64,000 nt of DNA from Eledone cirrhosa (Eukaryota), in contig OZ024743.1 of the NCBI GenBank assembly GCA_964016885.1, positions 64,046,001 to 64,110,000 of the forward strand, written 5' to 3'. Each line of letters starts with the position of its first letter. Position 1 is the stretch's first letter. Position numbers and translations under genes: made by a program. The notes below the pieces were generated by a model. That model saw only the letters and a list, made by a program, of their open reading frames with translations. It ran no database searches and was not told the origin of the DNA. Shown here in pieces: positions 12,813 to 25,138 of this stretch.

Positions 12813-13560
12813 CTAGCAGTGGTGCCCGGTGTTGCACAGGATAAAGTATTTTGGAACGCGGGCTGCCAACAGACCTAATCGTGGAAAAACTGCATACCTG
12901 GACAATCATCATCATCATCATCATCATCATCATTTTACGTTCACTTTTCCCTGCTTGCAAGGGTGGGACAGGAACTGATTCTGGCTTGATTTCTACAGCT
13001 GGATGCCCTTCCTAACACCAACCTCCTTTACAATATGTAAAGAAAATAAACCAAATACTCTGATGGCTGGATAATCTTTAAGATTTTCTTCGATGAAGAA
13101 GGAAAAATGCAGGTTTTCAGCTAATGCTGGGATCAAGAAAATGAATTTTTTTATGTGCATAATATGCCTTGAAATTTCGGGAAAATCAGCTAGACTCAAA
13201 AAAGCCCTAAAAAGCTGAAAAAATGAAGTTTTTCACCTAATGCGGGCCCTAGGCCATAAAAAAGTTGGATTTTTTTTTGCTCACGGTATGAAGAAGAGAC
13301 TGACTAATACATAGTTACAATTTCAAGGAAATTGCTCTGACATAACACCTAAAAAAAAACCTAAAAAGCTGAAAAAAACGCAGTTTTTCACCTAATGTGG
13401 GCCCTAGGGGTCAAAAAGTTGAATTTTTTATGTGCATAACGCTCCCTGAAACACATGTAAAGTTTGAAAATATTCGGTTGGGTACTTCTCGAGTTTTAGG
13501 GATTCAAACTCACAGACACACACACACACAGACAAACATCTTCAGTTTTATATATATAGA
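12813..13560 (-). mobile_element. Non-autonomous Helitron-like element, interrupted by an RTE tail at 12905-13035
   Basis: 5' TCtatatatataaaa; 3' cctgtgcaacaccgggcaccactgCTAG followed by T. Confidence 0.6.
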
Positions 13561-13595
13561 CTAGCAGAAAACCACCCGGGGCGGTTTTCTGCTAG

Positions 13596-14100
13596 TCTAT
13601 ATATCTAAAACAGAGAATGTCTGTCTGTCGGTCAGCTCACTAAAACTTGAGAACCATCCAACCAATTGTTTTCAAACTTTAGACATGTAATACTTATGGT
13701 CCTGTGAGAGTTTTGAGCAAAAATTATTTCAAATTTTCAATGCCCTAGGGACCGCATTAGGCGATTTAGCGTTCTCTCTATATAATTCTTAGTCTTTCTT
13801 TTTAGATAGATACATAGATATAACGTTGCGCCCTTATAATATCTGTCTGTATGTCTGCTGTCTGCATTACGTCATTATGACGCGCTCAGCACGATTCCCC
13901 CGGCCTCAGTGACCAAAGTGAGTGGAGAGGGGAAGGTAATGTTTCTGTAGCACGTGTTTTAGCGTCTATTCACTCTCTCTCTCTCCCTCTCTCCCTCTCT
14001 CCCTCCCGCTATCCCCCTCTCGTAGTCTGTCTCTTTCTTTCACTCTCACTCTCTCTCTACGCACGTGTTTCCACTGTCGGACAGACAGACAGAGAAATTG
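13596..14100 (+). mobile_element. Helitron-like element 5' part
   Basis: TCtatatatctaaaacagagaatgtctgtctgtc..aaaacttgagaa..ttttcaaacttt; related copy at 42051. Confidence 0.55.
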
Positions 14101-14231
14101 CTGGTTATATATATAAGTAGATAAATGAAAAACAAAATTGTAAGAATTCTTTAAATAACATTTTATCTAGTCCCACTATCAGGGTTTCACTGAAGACACC
14201 AACAGAAAAAAATATGATTACATAAGCAGAT

Positions 14232-14690
14232 GCACCCAGTCCACACTGTAAAGTGGTCATGTAGGTGTCATAACAAAAATGCCCAGTCCACACTGTAAAG
14301 TGGTCATGTAGGTGTCACGAAAAAAAGCACCCAGTCCACACTGTAAAGTGGTCATGTAGGTGTCACGACAAAAAGCACCCAGTCCACACTGTAAAGTGGT
14401 CATGTAGGTGTCACGACAAAAAGCACCCAGTCCACACTGTAAAGTGGTCATGTAGGTGTCACGACAAAAAGCACCCAGTCCACACTCTGAAGTGGTCATG
14501 TAGGTGTCACGACAAAAATGCCCAGTCCACACTGTAAAGTGGTCATGTAGGTGTCAACGAAAAAAAGCGCTCAATCCACACTGTAAAGTGATCATTTAGG
14601 TGTCATGATAAAAAGTGCCCAGTCCACACTGTAAAGTGGTCATGTAGGTATCACAACAAAAAGCACCCAGTACACACTGTAAATGTGGTT
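14232..14690 (+). repeat. 48-bp minisatellite (about 10 units) derived from the RTE 3' UTR
   Basis: Unit aaagcacccagtccacactgtaaagtggtcatgtaggtgtcacgacaa runs into an RTE tail ending in (GAT)n. Confidence 0.9.
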
Positions 14691-15149
14691 GACATTCAGC
14701 CATAGAAACCAAACCAGAAACAGTTCAAGAGCAAGACATGACCATCTAATTTAGCATGTCTCACAATGGGATAACTCATCTTACCCATGCTAGCATGGAA
14801 AATGGACATTAAATGATGATGATGATGATGATAATGATGATGACTGCATATCATGATCATCATCATCATGTGTGTATATATATATATATATATGCATACA
14901 CACATGTGTATATGTATATATACACATACACATACACACACAAGAATATATATATATATATATATATATATTTTCATTTCATTTTACGTCCACTTTTCCC
15001 TGCTTGCAAGGGTGGGACGTGAACTGATTCTGGCTTAATTTCTACAGCTGGATGCCCTTCCTAACACCAACCTCATTAACAGTGAGTGCTGGGTGCTTTT
15101 TTGCCGTGGCACCTCCACGACCACTTTGCAGTGGAATGATAGGGACCCC

Positions 15150-15302
15150 AGTCCTATCATCTCATTTCTACAGCTGAGTAAACTGGAGCAATGTGAAATA
15201 AAGTGTCTTGCTCAAGGAAACAACACATCACCCGGTCTGAGAATTGAACTCACAACCTTTCGATTGCAAGGCCAATGCTCTAACCACTAAGCCATGTGCT
15301 TC
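15150..15302 (-). mobile_element. SINE family B 5' part
   Basis: gcacatggcttagtggttagagc..gagttcaattc..ccttgagcaagacact. Confidence 0.75.
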
Positions 15303-15352
15303 CATATACCATGATATTAAATAAATGGAAACTATATTTATAAAACCATATT

Positions 15353-15417
15353 TATTTTATTATATATATTTCAAGGGCAACCAAGCCAACCTTGGTGCGC
15401 TTTCATCAGATAAAATA
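15353..15417 (-). ncRNA. Minimal type I hammerhead ribozyme (AUA site)
   Basis: tattttat CTGATGA aagcgcaccaag-gttgg-cttggttgccctt GAAA tatata TA ataaaata. Confidence 0.85.
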
Positions 15418-15611
15418 CAAAGTTTGTTTTATAAATAAAGACGTACCCATGAAGATTTAACCTTATCAGTCGGAAATTATAAACATTTATGTTTGTCGGA
15501 ATTCCACAAATTAAATAAAACTTCTACATATATATATATATGTATGTAAAAGGTAAACAGAAATAACAACACAATCGGTACAGTATATGGAAGGTATATA
15601 TTAGGTTAACG

Positions 15612-16378
15612 CTTGATATAAACGTTTCAGACGCTAGTCCTTCATCAGAAGAAAGAATGAGAAATAAAATAGATTAAGGGTATTGGCGGGATGGAATTGG
15701 AAAAACGGTCTTTAGATAAAAATAATAGGTCCATTCATGTTGACATCTCTTGCAAAACTGTTGGTGCTGGCATTTTGTGTATGATTTGTTTTTTAGAAAA
15801 TGAGAGCAGCCTGGATCAAGGAGGGGGGATATCCATGCTGGATGAAGCGGGAAGCCATGCGAAGGGAATGGGTTTCGAAATCATCGTCCTGGCTACAGAG
15901 TTGATGAAGACGGAGGAATTGGGAATAGGCTATGGAGTGTTTGGTGTCAGTTGGATGGGAGGAGGTGAAGTCGAGATAAGATTGGGAGTCTATTGGTTTA
16001 ATGTAGATGGAAGTAGAGAGAGTGTGGTGAGAGTGATTAATAGATAGAGAGATATTTATAAAAGCGACAGAAGAATCGGAGACAGAGGCAGTGAAATTGA
16101 GAGCAGGATGGAAAGATTGGACAAAAGAAAGAAAACAGTCAAGCTGTTCTCGTGATAGAGAGGTGGTGCTGATACAGTTGTAGATATAACGAACGTATAG
16201 CTCAGGAGTCGGTCCACGTACTGGGAGAAGATCTGGGCTTCGATGTAGCCAACAAACAAGTTGGCATAATTTGGACCCATTCTGGTTCCCATCGCTACCC
16301 TAGAGACCTGCTGGTAAAAAACACCCAAAAAAGAAAATCCATTAAAGGTGAGAACAAGCTCAGCCAGACAGAGAATAT
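15612..16378 (-). mobile_element. Penelope-type RT fragment with downstream hammerhead-like motif (15615-15655)
   Basis: LAELVLTFNGFSF..YQQVSRVAMGTRMGPNYANLFVGYIE; CTGATGA aggac-tagc-gtct GAAA cgTT. Confidence 0.85.
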
Positions 16379-16440
16379 GTATGTATGTATGTATATATAG
16401 AGAGATATTATAAAACGGTGTGAAATCCTTGGTACAGTTA

Positions 16441-16692
16441 GATATATTTGAAAAAAGAAAAAGAATGACTTTACTTGTAGTTCTAAACAATTTAATTATA
16501 TAATATTAGAATCTTACAGTTTTGATTTGTAGATCTATTAAGTTCTTTGTTAACTTTGGTGGGGGATTTTTTAAAGATTCCTGGTTAACCAAAGTTAACA
16601 AAGAACTTACTAGATTTGCAAAACAAAATTGTAAAATTATAATATCATAAAATTAAAATGTGAAGTCATTCTTTTCCCTTTTTCAAATATAT
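16441..16692. repeat. Diverged inverted repeat
   Basis: aagttctttgttaactttggt / accaaagttaacaaagaactt and atatttgaaaaa / tttttcaaatat. Confidence 0.7.
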
Positions 16693-16847
16693 ATATATAT
16701 CAGGAGTTAAAAGAATGTTATGCTTCAGAGAACACAATTACAAGGAGCACTGGTGGAAAGTGCAAGAGGTACAAGCAAAAAGTACAGGCAAAAAAAATTA
16801 CAAGCAAAAGAAGTTACAAGCAAAAAAGGTTATATATATATATATAC

Positions 16848-17570
16848 ATATCAAAGGTATATATTGAGTTAGAAACTCAAAATAGTCTCCTACAATTAAA
16901 TAGCTCAAAGAAAAAGGTTTTTCTGAGCCGTGTAATATAATTGAATATAAAAGAGAGATAAACACAGATAAAAACATATATGTGTTCAAATCGAAAGGGA
17001 CCAGATTCGCTAGGGTGAAAAAAATACTAACTATTAACAATAGGGTTTGCCAGACTCAATTTAAAATAATAAATCAAGAAAATAAATACAAACAGATATT
17101 GGGCAACTGCCAGACACCCAGACAACTTATGGTAGGCTGTTTCGCAATTTTAGCGAAGGGAATTACCAATTCGTTGCTCATCAGTGGGTGTAAAATTAGT
17201 AAACTCTTCACTTCTAAGTATCTCAGAATACTGAATAGTGTGTGTATATATAAAATAACGCACATGGCATCAGAACCTAGCGTGTCTCATAAAGGTACGC
17301 TACTAAAAATAACAGCCAAGTTTACTCGACATTTAAATTAGCTCTACCAAATTGAAGGAGCCGACTATATCAAAGGTATATATTGAGTTAGAAACTCAAA
17401 ATAGTCTCTTACAATTAAATAGCTCTATTGTTAATAGTTAGTATTTTTTTCACACTAGCAAATCTGGTCCCTTACGATTTGAACACATGTATGTTTTTAT
17501 CTGTGTTTATCTCTCTTTTATATTCAATTATATTACACGGCTCAGAAAAACCTTTTTCTTTGAGCTATTT
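16848..17570 (-). mobile_element. Hammerhead-bearing module: direct repeat (519-bp period) plus inverted copy
   Basis: 16848-16906 = 17367-17425; 17425-17570 is the reverse complement of 16898-17043. Confidence 0.8.
17114..17191 (-). ncRNA. Canonical type I hammerhead ribozyme (GUC site)
   Basis: acaccca CTGATGA gcaa...ttgc GAAA cagc...gttg TC tgggtgt. Confidence 0.92.
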
Positions 17571-18111
17571 GGTGGCTTTGGTGGTCTGCAAAATTTAGTG
17601 CGTTTGTATATATATCTTGCCGATCCCCACGTGGAGTCAGCAATAGTCAGTCCTTGTATTAACATTGAACTAAAACCTGTTGAGAAAGTGGCTTCCTTGT
17701 TCAATCATCTTACCAGAAGCCTGACATTATTTATGTAAGCGGACGGTACTTGATTTAGGAGCCGCAGAAACCCAAATACTGGATTTTACCAACCTTCCAA
17801 GGGTCCGGGTAAATTTTCAATACCCGAATTACTTGATCGTTTTTTTGGCTATGCGAATTATTGTTTAACCATCGTCTCAGTGTGTTTGGCGTTTAATGTT
17901 TGTTATAGTTCTGGTTCATCTGAACCATTGAGCACTTGCCTCACATCTCGGAGGTTGTTTTTCGTTATTTCGTGGGCCGAAATGCGAATCTCGATAATTT
18001 ATGTTTATATATATATACACATATGTATATATATATATGCATATACATATATATATATATGCTAGTATGGAAGAAAGATGTTAAACGATGATGATGATAT
18101 ATATGTGTGTG

Positions 18112-18193
<82 letters not shown>

Positions 18194-18434
18194 CCTAGTT
18201 ATATATATCTTCCTTTGTTTGCAATTTCCTGTTTCTTTTTTCTTGTTTATCCTGTCATTAATCATCAAATGTCCTTATATTTGCCAGAAAATTAATCCAT
18301 GGATTTATCTTGAGAATTATTTGGATTATACTTGGAAGTTGTATTGTAAAAGGTTTATGAATCTATTGTCATTAATGTTAGATCTAACTATATAATGTAT
18401 GGTCACATATGTATATCATTATCATGATATGTGC

Positions 18435-18510
<76 letters not shown>

Positions 18511-18763
18511 ATATTATGTTAGTACCACAAAACATCCAGCCCATACTGTAAAGTGATCATGTAGGTGTTACGGCATCCAGCACACACTGTAAATGTGGTT
18601 GGCATTAGGAAGCGCATCCAGCTGTAGAAAACCAGCCAGAAATACTCCTATATGAGCAAGACATGGTCACCTGACCCAATTTGCCTCTAAATGAAACCAA
18701 CCCATCTAACCCATGCTAGCATGGAAGATAGACGTTAATCGATGATGATGATGATGATGATGA

Positions 18764-18860
<97 letters not shown>

Positions 18861-19220
18861 CATTCATATATACATATCTATATTTATCAACATCATTTTA
18901 CATCTAAGTTTCCATGTTTGAATGCGCTGGGTAGGTTGTTTTTCAGCACACCATCTCTCCACGAGTTGCAATCAGATTGCACACAACAGACGTGGGATCT
19001 TTAAGCTGTGGTGAAGGTGACCATCTCAGAGAGCAATAACTGAATAAAAACTGAATAAAAACTGATTCATGATGGAAAGAACTCCAGAGTCTGGTCAAAC
19101 AAATTCCCTAGAGCTGGTGACATGATGAATGTACCTAGTCCATGCTGTAAAGTGGTTGGTGTTTGGCAGGGAATTCAACAAGATAAACATTGCTAAAATT
19201 ATGAAATGGACCATCAATGA

Positions 19221-19449
19221 TTAATCCTTTAGCATTTAAACCGGCCGTATCCGGCCAGAATTCTCTCACCTCTCTCTGCTTAAACTGGGTGTAACTGGCC
19301 ACTCAAACTGATGTTAAGGTATTGTTTTCAAAATAAATAAAATCAAAATTTCATAGATTCAATATTATGTGAGATAACTGTTTAAGGTAAAGCCTTTACT
19401 GTGAAAATATAATAGTATATATAGAGTAATGTAAATGCTAAAGGGTTAA
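19221..19449. mobile_element. piggyBac-like MITE
   Basis: TTAA-(t)cctttagcattt ... aaatgctaaaggg-TTAA; relatives at 44254-44668 and 54454-54676. Confidence 0.75.
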
Positions 19450-19740
19450 ACCAACAACCCCACCAAGCTTGCTTGGTGAAAAATAATTCTTGGTCACCTT
19501 GTGGGTTTAAAAACAAAACCTATCAAAAGGCAGAGGAATTGTTGAGAGCCAACAGTTATTTAATAATGTACATATATGTTTAATAATGGCAATAATAGTT
19601 ATGATAATGGTGGTCTATAATCCCACTTTTTCTTACGGCCTATTTATGTGTGGGTCACTTTAACGACCTGACCTCATGCATCGGGCAGAAAGCGATATTT
19701 TACAAACTACGAGGCTTTGTGCCCTGTGGTATGGAAATAG

Positions 19741-19820
19741 CTGTCTGAAGAGCTGATTTTTTTTCCATTGGAAATTCTCTGAATTTCCAATCTTTTGATA
19801 AGCAAAACCATCGGTCACAG
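19741..19820 (+). ncRNA. Hammerhead relic with G12A (probably inactive)
   Basis: ctgt CTGAAGA gct...agc AAAA cc-atc-gg TC acag. Confidence 0.7.
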
Positions 19821-19894
19821 AATTAGAACGGGTGAATATTTAAATCGTATTTTAATTTATTTAAAAGATTGTTTAATGTTTACTTGTTCAGCTC

Positions 19895-19950
<56 letters not shown>

Positions 19951-20003
19951 GTGTGTGTGTGTATGTGTGTGTGTGTGTATGTATATATGTATATATATAT
20001 ATA

Positions 20004-20745
20004 TCATCTTGGTTAAGAAAGTGAGACTGGCTTTGTGCAGTGCCTTTGCTCACTATAAAAGCTTCACGGCACAGGCATTGCTTTATATCTGGAGATCTCT
20101 CTGCACTTGTTGTTACATGGTACCATGGGCCCAGCACTATGTGTCAATAATTGTCACAAGTGTAGTGTCTGTACCAGAGTTTTCAAGTTGCTGGCTGGAC
20201 TAAAAAGTCACACGCGTTCAGCGCATCGGTGGGAGTTCTCCTACATGGACATAAAGTGGTGGCCGTACTCGAAAACGAGTTGGCAGCCATCATGTATATA
20301 TATATATGTGTATGTATGTATGTATATATGTATCCGGGAGAGATGACCCCTTAGCCTTTGTCAAGGCAGAATTATAGGAGAAGGAAAACTCTGATATAAC
20401 GCCTGCAACTCTGATGGTATCCAATGATGTTGACTTGTTCTTCTTTTTGGTAAATATCATCTTGGTTAAGAGATTGGGACTGGCTTTGTGCAGTGCCTTT
20501 GTTCACTATAAAAGCTTCACGGCACAGGCATTGCTTTATATCTGGAGATCTCTCTGCACTTGTCGTCACATGGTGCCATGGGCCCAGCACTATGTGTCAA
20601 TAATTGTCACAGGTGTAGTGTTTGTTCCAGAGTTTTCAAGTCGCTGGCTGGACTAAAAAGTCACACTTGTTTAGCGCATCGATAGGGGTTCTCCTACATG
20701 GATATAAAGTAGTGGCCGTACTCGAAAACGAGTTGGCAGCCACCA
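20004..20745 (+). repeat. Two direct copies (about 290 bp) of a LINE-like 3' end with a C2H2 motif; third copy at 37770-37955
   Basis: [22 protein letters not shown]; both copies end ctcgaaaacgagttggcagcca. Confidence 0.7.
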
Positions 20746-20747
20746 TA

Positions 20748-20778
<31 letters not shown>

Positions 20779-20840
20779 ATATGTATATATACATGTATAT
20801 ATATGTATATATAAATATATATATATATGTAGATATATAC

Positions 20841-20888
<48 letters not shown>

Positions 20889-20957
20889 ATATATATATAT
20901 ATGCATATGCGAGCAGGGAAGAGCGGACGTAAAATGATGATGATGATGATGATATAC

Positions 20958-20989
<32 letters not shown>

Positions 20990-21925
20990 GTATTCATACA
21001 CACAAATGTGTGTGTGTTTAGTTTTTGTTGTTTTTAATGTGGTTGTTGTGAGTTGAGTTCAACTATACTATCACCTCTCCAATGTTGGACCTCTTTCAAA
21101 TAACTAAATAAACATACCCCTCTTCACACCTTGGGTGACTACCAAGACGAAAGTAATAAATATTTTATAAACCCTAAGTAATAATTTGAATACCATCCAA
21201 CTTGAACATGAATTTAAAGTTAGAATGTTACTCTTGAGCCTTGAATAATCATCCTCCACCGTTTCTTGATTTTTCAGACCCTCCACGCTTTTTAAATTTT
21301 GCTAATCTATCTCCAGCAATATTTTATTTTAAGTGGTAGCATTCCTGTGATAATTAATTTTCTTTAGACATTAAAAAACATTATACATGACAAAAAAAGT
21401 ACTTTACTAGAAATCTCATATGTTATAAAATAAATAGGATCTGTTGAGGTCTCAATATTTAAACTAAACGACTAATTCTGGTTTTTGAACAAACCAAGGG
21501 AGTCAACCTAGAAAAATTACCGATTTTCCAAACTCTTCCCCTCCACTTATTCCACCCCCTGTATTATTTGGGACCCGACAGTAGAAAATAAAATACTTCG
21601 GTGTTTGTTTCACTTTTCTGTATTCTGAGATTAATTCTTATCAATGTCAATGTCATGTTTGACCTTCACATATTTGTGTGTTGACATATAAAGTAAGATA
21701 TGTTTCTTTTATTTGCCACCAGGGCATCAAAAGTGGGACAAGTACAAAGGGGGGAGTTTACACAAAAAGGCGTCCTCAATAAGGAGGAGGCAATAACAAA
21801 ATATAAAAATAAAATAAAATATAACAAAAAATAAAATTTATAACAAAATCCTCAAAAAAAGTGTGCAACCCTTTTCCTCAGGAGCACAGAGAGGGGGTGC
21901 TCCCTCGTTCCTTCCTCTTTTCCAC

Positions 21926-24600
21926 CTACAGGCTTATGTAAAGAGAAGGCCCATTCACACGGGCCATTCTCGCCACTTTCACCCACCTTTCATAAAAACG
22001 ACTGGGGTGGAGCACTTCTCTCTCCATCCTGATCCTTCTTCCGAAATGATATCGGAAGAAACGGACCAGTTGTTGGCCAGAGAGAAAGGTGCCTGACCTC
22101 AGTCCTTTCAGACGCGTCCACCATACAACTTCTTTCACCATGGCTATTACGCACAGAAACACCGCCTCTCCTTCATCTTTGAAGGGGGGAGGCGGCTTGA
22201 TTATTACAATAGACTCGGTGGTCAACCGGATCGGTCCCACCCTTGACAGCAGTTGTTCGACATAGCCCCACAGATCGGCTACGTCCGAGCAGTGTACCAA
22301 TGCGTGTGCAACGGTTTCCTCGTCGCACACGCATCTGGGACAGATCTTTTTGGCGGGGTCCCTACCCGGGCGCCCGTATCTGTAGAGCTTTTCTCGAACG
22401 GGTAGAGCCCCTTGGTAGCACTGCCAGGCCAGGGACTTCTGGAAGTTGTCCATAGGTCCTGGGCTGAATGTCCTACCGAACAGGCTGGCCAGTTCGTCCT
22501 CCTCCATGTCTAGGGCTTCTCCAAGGGCGTCGTCGCACAGCCCTCTATAGAATGTTGCGGTGGAGTCTCCACTGATAACCGGATCCGCCTGCCAGAGGGC
22601 GGTGAGCGCCTGGGCACACTCAGTGTGCCAGGCGCCCAGTTTTTTCGGTCTTTGCTTGACCCAGGATTGCAGCTCGGTGAGTGAGACGAGTCTGGGAAAG
22701 GTTCGTCTCACAAACGAGGCCCACACCGGTTGACCGGTGAGGAATACGTAGAGGTGCCGTAGCCTTTATGCGTGTTTACGCATCATTAGCCACGGCATCC
22801 CCAGCCCTCCTTTCGAAGGGTGTTGACAGCAGATGGATCTCCTCACCATAGGAGCCCGCCTCTTCCAAAGGAGTTGGAAGAGCGCGCGCTCCATCTTGGT
22901 GAGGGTTTCCCTTGGGCAGGGCACTACGGTCAGGCGGTAGTAGATGACGGACGCTATATAGGTGTTCGCCACCTCTGCCCGACCTTTCAGGGATAGTTTG
23001 CAACTGGCCCACTTCTGGGTCAGTGCAAACACCCTGTTCGTAACCTCCGCCCAGTTTTTCTCCACCTGGAGGTCCGGTCCGAACCAGACCCCGAGCAACT
23101 TCACCGGGCCCTCCGTCCAGCGTCCGACGACGCCATCGGAGGGCATCGGTCTGCCCCTCCACGTGCCGAGTTGCAAACCGATCGACTTGTCCCGGTTCAG
23201 CTTAGCCCCTGTGAACCTTTCGTACTCCTCCAGTAAGGTGCCGACCGCCTCGATTTTGGAGGCCGTCGACACCATTACTGTCACGTCATCGGCGTAGGCC
23301 GACACCGCTTTCCGCAATCCCAGTTCCAAAGGGATGCCCTGCAACAACTCCAACTTCCGCAGTAGTGGCTCGAGAGTCAACACATACAGAAGGGGGGAGA
23401 GAGGGCACCCTTGTCGGATGGACCGCGCGATTTTGAACGGCTCCGAGAGGTAGCCGTTCACCTTGACCCTAGAGCAGATGCGGCTGCTGTGCATAGCAGT
23501 GATCCAGCTCCTGAAAACGGGTCCGAAGCCTGCCGCCGCTAGCACCGCATCCAGGTACAGGGAATTCTCCCGTTCTGTTGCCAGTTGCAGTAGACCGCCT
23601 CGAGGAGATCGGGGAACAAGTCCGGCATAGCTAGATATAATTCGTAAGGAAGACCATCGAGACCCGGGGATTTGCGTTTGCCGCATTGGCCCAGCACGTC
23701 CTCTATATCAGCGGCCGAAATCGGCTCCTCGCAGGACTTCGCCTCCCTGTCCGAGAGGCGCGGCAGGCCGTCGAGGTATGGACCGAAGTCCACATTCCCA
23801 ACCGGCTCCCCGCCCCTCCTGAACAGTCGGGCAAAGTGCCTTTGAAAGGCCTCACACATCTGCTTAGGCTCAAGAATCGCCCGTCCATCCAGGTCTCGCA
23901 AAGACCGGATAGTGGATTTAGTTCCACTGTTGGCCTCTGTCACGCGGGCCCAGCTAACAGCTTTGGTCCCCTCGTTCCCTAGAGCACGTATTTTACTTCG
24001 GACAACGCAGCCTTCGTGCTTCGCGTCGAAAAACTGGCTCAAAGCCGTTCTCGACGCTAGCACTCTGGCCACGTCGCCGCTTCTAATTGCCTCTTCTACT
24101 CTATCTATTAGCTCCCTTTCCTTCCTATTCCTATCCGCAGCTAGAACCTTACTAAATTCTATCGAGACTACTCTAATCTCTCTCTTTAGAGATACCCACC
24201 ACCTGCTGTTGACGATCGCTCCAGTCAATCGTTCCTTAACTAACGTACTAATCCGATCCCTGTAGGCTCTACTTGCCGGCAAGGACAAGTTGAGCTTCCA
24301 GTAACCAGGGCCCTGTCTATGCGTTCTTTCAAGGTTGACCATGCAGGTCACCAACTTGTGGTCTGAATAGCCAACCATGAGCATTTCTGGACAACTTAAA
24401 AAGTCCCTGTCCTTATTTCTAACTAAAAATCTATCGAGGTACGACCTACATGATCCGCTGCGATTTGACCAAGACCAGGTTGGCACCGTCGGAAAATCTA
24501 GTCGAAATCTATCGGCCAGGTCAAATCGGCCGAGTAACCCCTTGAGGCTGTTGCACCCCTCTCTGTCGGGACATGCCCCTGCATAGTCCCAACGTGCATC
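21926..24600 (-). pseudogene. ORF2 remnant: APE C-terminal half, RT, C-terminal zinc finger
   Basis: SYLDRFLV..YSDHKLV..GPGYWKLN; KSPGLDGLPYE; IRQGCPLSPLLY; AYADDV; CPRC..ETVAHALVHC; APE N-terminus and an RT segment near 23556 are deleted. Confidence 0.9.
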
Positions 24601-25138
24601 CAGGATTTTTTAGGAGGACGCGGTTGATTGGTTTGGCGCAGGGGGGGCCCACGTCCTCCGTGAAATTTATTTTCAGTGTTTTGTACAAGTTCATTGGGAC
24701 TTTTATCATTTTTAAATGAGGTAGTCCCACAGCAGTTATAAAGTTTGGCCCTTTAGTTTGGACCGAAGGGTTTGCTAAAATTGTTTTCCGTAATTCTTTG
24801 TTGTCTGTGTTCATGTATGTGTATTGTAAGGTCTTTTTTGTGTAGCAGTTAGTGTTGTGTGACAGGGAGGGGTGGTTTGTGTGTAGTTTGTGTTCTCTTG
24901 GGGGGGGAGGGGGGTTAAAGTTAACATGTGTGTCTGTGGTGCGTCTCCTCTTCTTTCTTTTTACTTGTTGGAAGGGATCTTTTTCGTCTTGCGACGAAAG
25001 GGGTTCGTCTTCCTTGTTGGGTGGGAGGGGTATGTTTTCTGGTAGTGTTTGCGGTGTGTGTGTTTTTGTATTTGTTTTGGGTGGGGAGGGATTGGGTGGG
25101 ACAGTATTCTGTGTTATTTTTTCACGTGTTTGTTGTTG

